Counted from the stretch's first letter, positions 1 to 12,757 are shown. The stretch: DNA of 64,000 nt from Candidatus Latescibacterota bacterium (GCA_965243025.1 CBDETY010000003.1:5792001-5856000), one strand, 5' to 3'. The notes: a model not told the origin generated them from the sequence alone. Made by a program: numbers and translations.

Positions 1-2
1 TG

Positions 3-1139
3 TCCGTTACCCTGACGCTCGACGACCTGCGCGCATCCACGGGAGAGGTTCGCACCTTCACCGTCGACAAACTGCTTCCCGGCGAGGGAAAGCCGGTTTT
101 CTTCGACCTTGCCGGGAACGAGTTCTCCCCCCTCGATCCGCTTTCGATCCGGCTATCCTGGGAAGCCAGGACGCTGGGGATGGAGACCGGGGCGACCCTC
201 CGGGCCGAGGACGAGTTGCGGGTAGAAGCACGTCCCGGAACAATACTGTTCAACCGCCTGGAGGGGACTCTGGACAGGGTCGAGCTGCCAATGGAAACGG
301 TCACAGATACCATCGATTTTCCAGACGGCCTGAATAACGTCGCCTTGAGCTCCACCTCGCTCGCGGTCTACGCGACCTCGGCGGCCGCGTACAGCAGCGA
401 GCTGAATCTGTCGATAACCGGCACCAACCAGGGTGGGGAAAGCAGCACCCTGCTGGAAACAGAGGTTCTTCCACCGGGGGATCCGGACGACCCGGTCGGC
501 ATCGCGATCGAACGGGACTCCGAAGACCTGGTCGGTTTCATGAACCTCCTGCCTACCGAAATCACCATTGTCCCGGAGGTCTTCCTCGGTGACGGCGCCC
601 GCCCCGGCGTGATCGAGACCGGTGACTGGGTCCGGCTCGACAGCCTCGTGTTCGATGTTCCGGGGCGCTTCCGGATCACCGGTGAAACCCGGATCGAGCC
701 GGATCCGGTTCATCGCGAGTTTTCGGACGACGAATGGCGGCGGCGCATCCGCTCCAACCTCAAGAGCGCCTCGGTCACAACGAAGATCGAGAGCCATATT
801 CCCCTGGGATTGACGGTAAGCGTCCAGGTCGGCAGGACCGCGGAGGAGGTTTACAGAAACCCGGCACTGACCATACCCGTCGACGGGACCGGCTTCGGCG
901 TCGCCGCAGCTCTCGTCGACGACCACGGCCGCGTCGTCGCAACGACGCGGTCCGAGAAGGTGGTGGAGCTCACCGCAGAGGATGTTCTGGTCTTCCTGGA
1001 GGAGGGAGGGGTCTACTCCGGAGTGCTCGTGCAGATCGAAAACACGGACGGCGAAATCGAGCTGTTCGGCAGCGACTTCTTCACCGTGCAGGCGGGGGCG
1101 CAGATCTTCATCGAGATGAACGAGAGCCTGGTGGAATAA
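3..1139 (+). CDS. 5'-truncated hypothetical beta-rich envelope protein
   Basis: Frame is open from base 3 (SVTLTLDDLRAST...) to TAA at 1137-1139; acidic, beta-strand-rich; directly upstream of an outer-membrane barrel gene. Confidence 0.75.
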   Translation, partial: SVTLTLDDLRASTGEVRTFTVDKLLPGEGKPVFFDLAGNEFSPLDPLSIRLSWEARTLGMETGATLRAEDELRVEARPGTILFNRLEGTLDRVELPMETVTDTIDFPDGLNNVALSSTSLAVYATSAAAYSSELNLSITGTNQGGESSTLLETEVLPPGDPDDPVGIAIERDSEDLVGFMNLLPTEITIVPEVFLGDGARPGVIETGDWVRLDSLVFDVPGRFRITGETRIEPDPVHREFSDDEWRRRIRSNLKSASVTTKIESHIPLGLTVSVQVGRTAEEVYRNPALTIPVDGTGFGVAAALVDDHGRVVATTRSEKVVELTAEDVLVFLEEGGVYSGVLVQIENTDGEIELFGSDFFTVQAGAQIFIEMNESLVE

Positions 1140-1155
1140 CCGGAGCTGGAGACAG

Positions 1156-2574
1156 GTGACCGGGAAACCGAAAACCGGCATGGTTTCCATTCGCAGGCGG
1201 GAAATCGCCGCCGCGACAATGCTGACCCTTTCCCTGGAAGGGGCCGTCCATGCACTCAGCGACACCGAACCCCGGGCCCTGGCACTGGGGCAGGCGTACA
1301 CTGCCCTGGCGCGAGGTCCGGAAGCGGTCTTCTGGAATCCGGCAAACCTGGCGCTGAGTGGGGAGCCGGAACTCAAATGGGAGATGCTGGGTGCCGGTCT
1401 TACCCTGATAACGGAAAACAACAGCTTCTCCGTCCGGACCTACAACGAGCACTTCACCGACGACACCCACAGGATCGGGACCGCCGAAAAGGAGAAGCTG
1501 CTCGGGGATATCCCCAAGGATGGATTGAGGTTCAACTCCGACCTCGTACCGTTCCTCTCCGCCGGCCTGCCCGTCAACGGGGGCATCTCGTTTCCGCTCG
1601 GGAATGGAATTCGGGCCGCCGTCGCCACCAACGTTGCCTTCGGAGTGGAGGGGGAAGTGCCGAAGGACATGTTCGAGCTGATGTTGTTCGGCAACGAGTT
1701 CGACCGCCGCTACGAAATCGCCAGGTGGGACGGGTCGTCCTGGCTTGTGGGGGGAGTGAACTTTGCGGGGGCGAAACCCTGGATGCCCGACAGGTTGGCT
1801 CCGCATCTGAGCGAGTTCACCGTTGGCGGGACCCTGAAGATCTCGGGAGGGACCTACGGCGAAATCACCCGGTCCGACGGCGGCATGATCTCACGCATCC
1901 AGGGAACCGACCTGGAGGGGTTTGCACTCGTCCGGCGCAGCGGGGGCATCGGCTTCGGCGTGGACTTCGGGGTGGCCGGCGTCTCCACGGACGGCAGGAC
2001 CACCTTCAGCGCCGGCATGCTCAACCTCGTGGATTTCATCAGCTGGAGCATCGGATCGCGGCAGGACTCGGTGTATGCCAGGGCGACGAGGCTGCGGGTG
2101 ACCCGCTTTCTCGATCCGGACCAGGTCCGGATGAGGGACGTGCTCGAAAACGAGGACATCGACGGGGACGGCGATCCCGATTTTCGAGAGAAGTTCAGCG
2201 AGAAGGGCTTCTCCCGCTCGCTGCCGGCGATGCTGCGCGCCGGGGTCGCGCACTGGCCGATGCCCCACATGACGCTGGTCGGCAACTACGACCAGGCCTT
2301 CAGCGCCGGTTTCGGGATTTCCCCGATGCCCAAGATCTCGACCGGAGCGGAGTACCGGCTGGTTCCCTGGTTTCCGGCGCGAATCGGTCTGTCGATCGGG
2401 GGCCGCAGCAGCAGCACGGGTGTCGGTTTCGCCTTCGGGCCGTTCAACGTCGGCCACGCTCAGTTCGAGTTCTTCGATCTCGCCCTGGTGACCCGCGGGG
2501 GACTGCTTCCGGGGTTCTCGAAAGGCTCGGCCATGTCGGTCATGCTCTTCCGTTTCAACCTGATCAACGCCTGA
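1156..2574 (+). CDS. Outer-membrane beta-barrel protein (PorV/FadL/DUF5723-like)
   Basis: Signal peptide followed by RALALGQAYTALARGPEAVFWNPANL, a typical N-terminal motif of this superfamily; alternating beta strands. Confidence 0.7.
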   Translation: MTGKPKTGMVSIRRREIAAATMLTLSLEGAVHALSDTEPRALALGQAYTALARGPEAVFWNPANLALSGEPELKWEMLGAGLTLITENNSFSVRTYNEHFTDDTHRIGTAEKEKLLGDIPKDGLRFNSDLVPFLSAGLPVNGGISFPLGNGIRAAVATNVAFGVEGEVPKDMFELMLFGNEFDRRYEIARWDGSSWLVGGVNFAGAKPWMPDRLAPHLSEFTVGGTLKISGGTYGEITRSDGGMISRIQGTDLEGFALVRRSGGIGFGVDFGVAGVSTDGRTTFSAGMLNLVDFISWSIGSRQDSVYARATRLRVTRFLDPDQVRMRDVLENEDIDGDGDPDFREKFSEKGFSRSLPAMLRAGVAHWPMPHMTLVGNYDQAFSAGFGISPMPKISTGAEYRLVPWFPARIGLSIGGRSSSTGVGFAFGPFNVGHAQFEFFDLALVTRGGLLPGFSKGSAMSVMLFRFNLINA

Positions 2575-2804
2575 AGTTCACAAAGGCCGCGTGTCGTTCG
2601 TCCCGGTACCGCGGCTTGCGGCCGGGGGCGCGATCGTGTTGTTCAGGGTTCCGAGAGATCCATCGCCGGGTGAACGGCTTGCCCGGAATGAACCCCGATC
2701 CCTGCCAATGTGGCACTATCCCTTCCGCGAAAGATCGAAACGAACCGCCTTTGTTTTTTCTTAGTTGAATAAAAACATTGATTTAAATAAAATACCCTCG
2801 CTGC

Positions 2805-2820
2805 GGGAACGGGATTTGCT
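2805..2820 (+). promoter_or_regulatory. Putative sigma54 (-24/-12) promoter of clpB-degP
   Basis: GGGAACGGGATTTGCT matches TGGCACG-N4-TTGCW with exact GG-N10-GC spacing; AT-rich tract and TGCCA-N3-TGGCA palindrome upstream. Confidence 0.55.
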
Positions 2821-2892
2821 CAAGCAGAACCAACTGCTTCACCAGGTGTCGAACTGACCAGACCAAACCCGGCTTCGCAAGGGGATCGCCAG

Positions 2893-5520
<2,628 letters not shown>

Positions 5521-5606
5521 CCGGCTCTCTTGGGAACCGATCAGGCTCCCTTTAGTCTTGTATTGCTCGAAAGGCAACAACGAACCAGAATGGAGAGAAA
5601 CCGGAA

Positions 5607-7037
5607 ATGAAAGGGACAGGAAACCGGATGGTCCTCAGAATCGTCCTGGTCGCGGCAGCCATCTGCGCCGCGACGGCTTCCGGCGGACAAACCGCCGCGG
5701 AGCTGCAGAAGTGGAGCGACGGCTTCGCCGAGATCGTTGCCCAGGTGAAGCCGGGGGTGGTTGCGATCTCCACCGAGTCAAAGGCCCGGGTGGCCCCCGA
5801 CACTCGCGGCGCCCCCTTCGAGCACGGCACCCCGTTCGAGTTCTTCTTCGGCCGGCCCCAACCGGATTTTCGGCCGCGCCAGGGACAGGGGTCAGGCGTG
5901 ATCGTCACCCATGGAGGGGAGTATTTCATCCTGACCAACTACCACGTGATCCGCGGCGCTGACGAGATCACCGTCGAGCTGACCGACGAACGCCACTTCC
6001 CCGCCGAGGTGGTCGGTACCGATTCCCTCAGCGACCTCGCGGCCCTGCGCATCGACGCGGACGGTCTTCCCTCGGTATCCTGGGGGAGATCGGCGGATCT
6101 CAGGGTCGGGGAATGGGTGCTGGCGATCGGCAACCCGTTCGCACTGGAGCACACCGTGACTCAGGGGATAGTCAGCGCACTGGGACGGGACCGTTTCAGC
6201 GTTCAGGAATACGGCTCCTTCATCCAGACGTCCGCGGCGATCAATCCGGGGAACAGCGGCGGCCCTCTGGTCAACCTGAGGGGGGAACTGGTCGGCATCA
6301 ACACCGCCATCGTAACCCGCAGCGGCGGGGACCAGGGGATCGGATTCGCCATTCCCGTAGACCTCGCCAGGGACGTGCTGTCGCAACTGATCGAATCCGG
6401 AGAAGTGAGGCGCGGGCTGCTGGGGATAGACATCCGCAACATCGACGCGTTGATGGCGGAAGCGCTGGGAATGGATAACACGCGTGGAGTACTGGTAATG
6501 GGGGTCAGGGAGGGCAGCGGTGCAGAGGAGGCGGGTCTGCAGGTGGATGACGTGGTCGTCGCCGTCGACGGGGACCCGGTGAGGAACACCACCCAGCTCA
6601 AGAGCCGCATCGGGGCCACTCCTCCCGGCACCGAGGTCGAGATCGAGTTTCTGCGCGACGGCAAAGGCAAGAGGGTCTCCGTCGAACTCGGGGAGGTGAC
6701 ACAGGAGGTCCTCGCCAGAGGGCGGTCCGTCGCGGAAGAGGCAGAAGCGGAAACCGCCTCCCTCGGGCTTCGACTCCGCGAACTCACCCCGGAGCTGGCG
6801 GAGCGGTTCGGGTACGACGATACCGAAGGCGTGCTGGTAACCAGGATACGGTCCGGGAGCGAGGCCTTCCGCCGGGGACTGCGCCGAGGCGACCTGATTG
6901 TCGAGGTCAACCGCCAGCCGGTGAGTTCGGTGAAGGAGTACCGCGAAATAATCGAAGAGCTGGATTCCGGCGCCGCGGTATTGTTTCGGGTTCGCCGCGG
7001 GGATGCGAACCGGCTGATAGCCTTGCGCCTTCCGTAG
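5607..7037 (+). CDS. Do/DegP-DegQ family periplasmic serine protease with two PDZ domains
   Basis: Signal peptide, LTNYHVI, DLAAL, INPGNSGGPL catalytic motifs. Confidence 0.93.
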   Translation: MKGTGNRMVLRIVLVAAAICAATASGGQTAAELQKWSDGFAEIVAQVKPGVVAISTESKARVAPDTRGAPFEHGTPFEFFFGRPQPDFRPRQGQGSGVIVTHGGEYFILTNYHVIRGADEITVELTDERHFPAEVVGTDSLSDLAALRIDADGLPSVSWGRSADLRVGEWVLAIGNPFALEHTVTQGIVSALGRDRFSVQEYGSFIQTSAAINPGNSGGPLVNLRGELVGINTAIVTRSGGDQGIGFAIPVDLARDVLSQLIESGEVRRGLLGIDIRNIDALMAEALGMDNTRGVLVMGVREGSGAEEAGLQVDDVVVAVDGDPVRNTTQLKSRIGATPPGTEVEIEFLRDGKGKRVSVELGEVTQEVLARGRSVAEEAEAETASLGLRLRELTPELAERFGYDDTEGVLVTRIRSGSEAFRRGLRRGDLIVEVNRQPVSSVKEYREIIEELDSGAAVLFRVRRGDANRLIALRLP

Positions 7038-7080
7038 TTCCCCCGCCACCTTCCATTCTTCCGCGTCCCATCGCCAGGCG

Positions 7081-9258
7081 GTGGGACGGCGAACCTTCAA
7101 CCCCTCAGGGAAGATGACGGAAGGCCGTCCCGTCTGGGACAGGGGAAGCTCCCCCGGGCTGTATCTGAGGTCGTCGATGGCGGCCTCCTCTGCAGGAAAG
7201 GTCGAGTTGAACTGCGCCTGTACGGGCCCCTTCGAGCTGCGCCTTGACGGACAGCTGGTCGCCTGCCGCCGTGGGGGGGCGCTGACCGAGCGTCCCCTTC
7301 TCCACCGCATACCCTTGCAGCTCAGGGGTCCGGGTCGCCACACCCTCACCGTGCGCGCCGCCAACCATCCGGCGGTTGCGGCGCCCTGGTTCGCCTGTTC
7401 GGGTCCGGCGGTTTCTCCCACCGCGGGGGACGGCACCTGGACCGTCCGGGCACTCCCCCGGCCCCTCGAAGATCCGGGGGTTGACGAATTCCACGATGCC
7501 GGGGAGGATCCCCTGGACGGCGATGCGGCCGATGCCGGCGACGGCTGGGAGCCGGCGGTCGAGGTGGACGCGGCAGTTCCCGCCACGGTCCGGGAGCCGG
7601 GTGGCATCATGGAAGAGCCGCTGCAGGCAGTCGCCGTGGCGGCCGCGGGGGAGTGGAGCGGCGACTCCCCGGAACCGGAGCGTCTGCAGGCGCTGGCTGA
7701 CTGCAAATGCGTCCATCCCCAGGGCCTGCTTTCCGGCCGCGTCGCGCGCACCATCATCAGGACCGCCCCCTGCAGATCGGTAGTCATCCAGCTCGATCTG
7801 GGGCGCATCGCCAGCGGGTGTCCGGAAGTGCGCCTCGAGACGGAGGAGAGCGGCGGCATCGTCGACCTCTACTTCGGGTACGTCCGCGGCCGCACACACG
7901 CTCAGGTTCGCTACATCGCCCGGGCAGGCAGGCAGGGCTGGCGCGCCCTGCGGGAACAGGCGGGCCGCTACCTGACTGTCCGTCTCAGCGGGTTTGCCGA
8001 GAACTGCCATCTCGAATCGGTGTCCGTTGTAACCCGCAGCGACCCCGGCCCCGAGACGACTGCCACCGTGGAACAGGACGGGATGGTTGCCCCGCACCGG
8101 GTCGGACGGGAAACTCTCGATTCAGTGCGGCAGGAGATCTACTCCCTGCAGCTTCCGCCCCGCCCGTACGACTGGCTGGCGATGCTGACCGCCTTCGTCA
8201 CGGATTTCTACCTCACCGGCAATACTGCGACGGCGCGAACGGTGCTGAGAACGGCAGCCGGCGGCGCCGCCAGCCGGGGCCCGCAGTCCTCGTGGGCGGC
8301 GTTTCCGCTCTTTGTCGAGGCCTACCACTTGTTGAGCGGTGACGGGGAGACCGTGTCGGGGCTGCTGTCGGATCTGCTTTCTCCGGCAGCCGCGGTCCCC
8401 CCGGACCCCGGCGGCGAGGTGCCGACCGCGCAGGCGGCTCTCGCCGCGGCGAGCGCCGCTGCCGCGGGGCGCGTTTGCCGCGGCCTGGGCAATACCGGGG
8501 CGGCCGTGGACTGCCAGGCGGAAGCACGGCGCTTGCGGGACCTGGTGCAGGGGCGCTGGCGCGAACCGGAGGGTCTGTTCCCGGAGACAACCGCCGAGGC
8601 GGCACGGTTCACCCAGTGGTCCAACGCCCTGGTCTTGTACGGCTCCCTGGCGAGGGTGGATCAGAGGGAACGAATCGCCGCAGCCATCGGGAATCCGTCG
8701 CTGTCGCCGGTGGGGGGACTGATCCAGGCGTGGTTTCTCTGCGAAGGGCTGTGGCGCGTCGGTGCCGAACAGCACGCCCTCGAGCACGCCGGGATGCACT
8801 GGGAAGGCATGGCGGCGAGGCCTGGAGAGACCTGGGCGGACCGGGCGCCACGGCCTTCCGCGCCGTACGAGCCGGGGCCTGAGTACCTGGCCGGGGCGCA
8901 CCTGCTCGGGGTAGAGCCGCTCCGACCCGGGTTCGCCGTCGCCCGCATCAGGCCACCCCGCAGCGTCGCCACCCGCGCCTCCGGGTCGGTACCCACGCCA
9001 GCCGGAGATATCGCCGTCTCCTGGAGCCGGGAAGCAGACAGCTTCGATGTCGAGACCGAGCTGCCCGCCAATATCGAGGGCCGTCTGGTCCTGCATCGCG
9101 GCGGCAGGAAGATGCCCACCATCCTGGTCAACCGGGTCACCGTGTGGCGAAACGAGAAGATGTACCCCAACCCCTTCGTGCAGCGGATAGTCGCCGATGG
9201 CGAGGATATCGTACTTGCCCTGACCCAGGGGGGGCGCTCCCGGGTCGAAGTGGTCTGA
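7081..9258 (+). CDS. Divergent alpha-L-rhamnosidase (GH78)-like protein; start uncertain
   Basis: LDLGRIASGCP, GRYLTV, LLGVEPLRPGF...ASGSVPTPAGDIAVSW resemble GH78 domains; catalytic motifs not recognisable. Confidence 0.55.
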   Translation: MGRRTFNPSGKMTEGRPVWDRGSSPGLYLRSSMAASSAGKVELNCACTGPFELRLDGQLVACRRGGALTERPLLHRIPLQLRGPGRHTLTVRAANHPAVAAPWFACSGPAVSPTAGDGTWTVRALPRPLEDPGVDEFHDAGEDPLDGDAADAGDGWEPAVEVDAAVPATVREPGGIMEEPLQAVAVAAAGEWSGDSPEPERLQALADCKCVHPQGLLSGRVARTIIRTAPCRSVVIQLDLGRIASGCPEVRLETEESGGIVDLYFGYVRGRTHAQVRYIARAGRQGWRALREQAGRYLTVRLSGFAENCHLESVSVVTRSDPGPETTATVEQDGMVAPHRVGRETLDSVRQEIYSLQLPPRPYDWLAMLTAFVTDFYLTGNTATARTVLRTAAGGAASRGPQSSWAAFPLFVEAYHLLSGDGETVSGLLSDLLSPAAAVPPDPGGEVPTAQAALAAASAAAAGRVCRGLGNTGAAVDCQAEARRLRDLVQGRWREPEGLFPETTAEAARFTQWSNALVLYGSLARVDQRERIAAAIGNPSLSPVGGLIQAWFLCEGLWRVGAEQHALEHAGMHWEGMAARPGETWADRAPRPSAPYEPGPEYLAGAHLLGVEPLRPGFAVARIRPPRSVATRASGSVPTPAGDIAVSWSREADSFDVETELPANIEGRLVLHRGGRKMPTILVNRVTVWRNEKMYPNPFVQRIVADGEDIVLALTQGGRSRVEVV

Positions 9259-9267
9259 GTCGCTGGA

Positions 9268-9924
9268 ATGCCCCTCCATTTCGTCGCGGGGAAATCGCCG
9301 GCGCAAGGTGCTCCACTGCTTGTGCTTCTGCACGGATACGGCAGCGACGAGGGTGATTTGATGGGCTTGGCGCAAGTCCTCGACCCCCGCTTCCAAGTCG
9401 TCAGCGTCCGCGCTCCCCTTCCGCTCCCCGAGGGTGGCTTTGCCTGGTTCACCCTGGCGATGACGGACCGCGGGCTGGCGGTCTCGTTCGAGGAAGCCGA
9501 GGCGGCTCGCGACCAGGTGTGCGAGCTTCTCGACGCTCTCCAGCAACGGTACGAGGCCTCGGGGCGCACGCTGTTGCTGGGTTTCAGCCAGGGGGCCGGG
9601 ATGGCGCTCTACAGCGGCCTCCGGATACCCGGGACCATCGGTGGAATAGCCTTCCTGAGCGGCCTGTTCCTTCCGGAGATGGTACCCGACGGGGGGGCGG
9701 GGGACTCGCTGATCGACACCCCCGTCTTCATGTCGCACGGCCAGTTCGATCCCCTGATCCCGATCTCAAGGGGCAGGGAATCGCGCGACCTGCTGACAAG
9801 CCTGCGGATGCGGATCGTCTACAACGAGTACTCAATGGGTCACGAGATCAATGCGGAGTGTCTCGGGGACCTGCAGGAATGGCTGAGGAAGCGGGCGGAC
9901 GAACTGTGCGGTGCCGGGCGCTGA
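9268..9924 (+). CDS. Phospholipase/carboxylesterase (alpha/beta hydrolase)
   Basis: LLHGYGS, GFSQGA nucleophile motif, HGQFDPLI, MGHEI. Confidence 0.9.
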   Translation: MPLHFVAGKSPAQGAPLLVLLHGYGSDEGDLMGLAQVLDPRFQVVSVRAPLPLPEGGFAWFTLAMTDRGLAVSFEEAEAARDQVCELLDALQQRYEASGRTLLLGFSQGAGMALYSGLRIPGTIGGIAFLSGLFLPEMVPDGGAGDSLIDTPVFMSHGQFDPLIPISRGRESRDLLTSLRMRIVYNEYSMGHEINAECLGDLQEWLRKRADELCGAGR

Positions 9925-10177
9925 TCGAAGCCTCCTGAAAACCTGAACGCCGGTTTGTCCCTGGTGGCCGGGGCGGCGCGGTTCCGTCCAGGACTGGATG
10001 GCCCCTTACCGTTCCCGGGTTCCTGCGAAGTTCCCGGGCCCGTCGGCAACAGGCTCTGAAACAGGTGCCTCCCCAATATCGGCGCCGGACTTTGCGGCGG
10101 GCGCAAACAGGCAGGGGAGGCGTTTTACGAGGGGCCGGCAAGCGGGCAACCACCCGGTTGCGGCGGACCCGGCCCCT

Positions 10178-11188
10178 TCAGATCCAGCCGCTGCTTTCCC
10201 TGCGCACCAGGGAAGCCATGGCGTCGAGCCAGCGGGGATGGCTGTTGAGACAGGGAACGAGGTGCAGACGGCCGCCCCCGGCAGCGCGGAAGGTCTCGTC
10301 GCCTTCACGCCCGAGCTCGTCGAGAGTCTCCAGGCAGTCGGCGGTGAATCCCGGAGCCACGACTCCGAGGCGCCCGCCGCCGCGTCCCAGCTTCTCCAGC
10401 ACATCTTCGGTGTACGGCTGCAGCCACTCCTCCCTGCCGAAGCGGGACTGGAAACCCAGGTGCCAGCGCTCGCGATTCAGGCCGAGGGCCCCGGCCAGAA
10501 GGGCCGCGGTCGTCTCGCACTGAAGGCGATAGGGATCCCCTTCGTCGACGTAGCGTTTGGGAATGCCGTGAAAGGTGATCAGGAAGCGGTCCGGCGGATC
10601 CTGCATGGGGGCGAGGGAATCTTCCACGACCGACCTGAGACTGTCGATGTAGTCGCAGTCGTCGAAGTAGGGGGGAACGAAGCGCAGCGCCGGCATCGAG
10701 CGCCTGCGGTCGAACAGGAACGTTCCGCTTCGTCCCAGAGCGGCTTTCGCGACCGCGTCGTAGACGGATCCGGTGGTCGACGCCGAGAATTGCGGGAACA
10801 TCGGCAGTACCACGATGCGGTCGATCTTTTCCGCCTCCATCCGCCCCATGGCGCTCTCGATGCCCGGCTCGCCGTAACGCATTCCCAGAACCACCCGGTA
10901 GCGGTCTCCCAGACGCTGCTGAAGTCCGGTTTCCTGGGCGCGGGAGTGAAGCAGGAGCGGGGAGCCCTGGTCGGTCCAGACGTTTCGATAGAGGGCGGCG
11001 GAGCGAGCCGGCCGCCGCCGGAGAACGAAGAGGTACAGAACGGGCAGCCATTTCCAGCGCGGCAGGTCGATGACGCGAGGGTCGGACAGAAACTGCTTCA
11101 GGTACGGCCGCAGGGAGGCCGCGCTGGGGGCGGCCGGGGTACCCAACTGGGCGACGAGAACGCCGATCGGGGGTGAAGCTCTACTCAT
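10178..11188 (-). CDS. hemH: Ferrochelatase
   Basis: QLGTP, FLSDPRVI, SPLL, TFHGIP, FQSRFG..WLQPYT, GFTADCLETLDE. Confidence 0.95.
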   Translation of the reverse strand: MSRASPPIGVLVAQLGTPAAPSAASLRPYLKQFLSDPRVIDLPRWKWLPVLYLFVLRRRPARSAALYRNVWTDQGSPLLLHSRAQETGLQQRLGDRYRVVLGMRYGEPGIESAMGRMEAEKIDRIVVLPMFPQFSASTTGSVYDAVAKAALGRSGTFLFDRRRSMPALRFVPPYFDDCDYIDSLRSVVEDSLAPMQDPPDRFLITFHGIPKRYVDEGDPYRLQCETTAALLAGALGLNRERWHLGFQSRFGREEWLQPYTEDVLEKLGRGGGRLGVVAPGFTADCLETLDELGREGDETFRAAGGGRLHLVPCLNSHPRWLDAMASLVRRESSGWI

Positions 11189-11339
11189 GAGGCAGCTGCC
11201 CGTCCGCACCGGAAAAACAGCGTTGATCCCGGCAGTGGGCCGGGGTACCTTGCACCCGCGGAGGCGACGCCGAGGGCTGCGGAAAGCAGGCCCCGGGCGG
11301 GCTCTTCTCCGCAATCAACCAAAGGGAGAACCGACCACC

Positions 11340-12065
11340 ATGCGCTGTATTTTCGTCGGCATCGAGTACGCGGGAAAAACGACATTGATCAATCTGCTCA
11401 AGGAGTACTACGCCAGGCGCCGGCAGCCCGTCCATATGGACGATCACTTCACCATTCCGGATTCGACTCTCAGTCCGTCGTCCCGTGAGGAGATGGTGAA
11501 CTACCCCGACGACGTCAAGGAGCGCATGCAGCGGATGCAGATCCAGTACCACATCGAGGTGATCCGCAACTACGCCCACGTGCTGATCAGCGGCTGGCAT
11601 ATCGAGGAGAGCATCTACTCGGAGTTCTACGGAAACGACCCCGACAGCCCTTATTATCCCAATTTCTGGCACGCCAACAAGCGCACGCACGAGGCCCTCG
11701 TGCACGAAGCCCGCGTCCCGGACATGGTCCTGGTTCACGTGACCGCAAGCGACGGCGCCATTCGGGAACGGATGACCTCGGATCCGCACCGGTACCAGAT
11801 CGTCAGGGAAGGGGACATCGGCGCCCTGAAACGCCGCTTCGAGGAGGAGTGCGACCAGTCGCTGCTCGGCAAAAGGGGCAGGATCGACCTCGATACCACG
11901 GACAGGACGCCCGGTCAGTCGCTCGACGAGCTGCTGCTGAAATCCGAGCCGATGATCACCCCCGGGGAGCTCGCCGTCCGGACCATGGCGGTTCCCGACG
12001 GCGACTACGAGGTCGTTTACGAAAACGGCGTGCGCAAAACCGTGCCCGCGGGAAGGCGCGGGTGA
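11340..12065 (+). CDS. P-loop nucleoside/nucleotide kinase-like hypothetical protein
   Basis: N-terminal GIEYAGKTT Walker A, VLVHVTAS, DTT; SD-like GGGAG upstream. Confidence 0.7.
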   Translation: MRCIFVGIEYAGKTTLINLLKEYYARRRQPVHMDDHFTIPDSTLSPSSREEMVNYPDDVKERMQRMQIQYHIEVIRNYAHVLISGWHIEESIYSEFYGNDPDSPYYPNFWHANKRTHEALVHEARVPDMVLVHVTASDGAIRERMTSDPHRYQIVREGDIGALKRRFEEECDQSLLGKRGRIDLDTTDRTPGQSLDELLLKSEPMITPGELAVRTMAVPDGDYEVVYENGVRKTVPAGRRG

Positions 12066-12757
12066 TCCGTCCGGCCTCAATCGGCAACCTCGCGGCTCTG
12101 GTCTCTCTCTGCGCGGCCGTGGAGGCCGTCCCTCTCGACAGTCTGAAAGCCGACGCCCGGCGACTGCTTGCACCGCCGCGGCTGCATCTGGTCCTTGCCG
12201 GGATGGCCGTGGGCGGGCTGGCAACCCGCATCGACGACCGGCTGGAATGGGAGCTGCCCGGAGGCGGCATCCCCGGTGCCGCCTTCGATTTCGCCGGGTA
12301 CTACGGTTCTACCGGAAAAACGGCCGCCGCGGGAGCCGTTCTGTGGACCCTGGCCAGATGGCGGGAAGCGGACGGCTTGAGAACCCAGTCCGAGGAGGTG
12401 CTGCGCAGTATCGCCGCTGCCGCCCTCATCGTCGCCCCCCTGAAGCTTGCTACCCGCAGGCGCAGGCCGGACGGGGGCGACAGGCTGTCGTTTCCATCCG
12501 GTCACACAGCAACCGCATTTGCCCTTTCATCCGTTCTCGCCCGTCGCCATGGTTTTCGGATCGGATTGCCGGCGTACGGTTTGGCGGTGCTGGTGCCCGT
12601 GGGGCGCGTCGGTGAAAAAAAACACCACTTTTCCGACGCGGTGGCAGGGGCCTGCATCGGCGCGGCGGCAGGGTGGGCGGTAGGAATCGGCCACGGCAAC
12701 CCCGCCCTGCAGGCCCGATTCGATCCGGCGGGAATGCGGGCCCACTGGGCATTCTGA
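12062..12757 (+). CDS. PAP2-family membrane phosphatase
   Basis: KLATRRRRP, SFPSGHT, R....HHFSD motifs; GTGA overlap with the preceding gene. Confidence 0.85.
   Translation: MIRPASIGNLAALVSLCAAVEAVPLDSLKADARRLLAPPRLHLVLAGMAVGGLATRIDDRLEWELPGGGIPGAAFDFAGYYGSTGKTAAAGAVLWTLARWREADGLRTQSEEVLRSIAAAALIVAPLKLATRRRRPDGGDRLSFPSGHTATAFALSSVLARRHGFRIGLPAYGLAVLVPVGRVGEKKHHFSDAVAGACIGAAAGWAVGIGHGNPALQARFDPAGMRAHWAF

Noticed and set aside
2580-2892. CIRCE/HrcA operator before clpB
   Set aside because: No TTAGCACTC-N9-GAGTGCTAA; TGGCACT at 2711 lacks the matching arm
9925-10177. GC-rich hairpins between the esterase and hemH as ncRNA or MITE
   Set aside because: No second copy noticed in the window, no terminal repeats and no recognisable RNA motif
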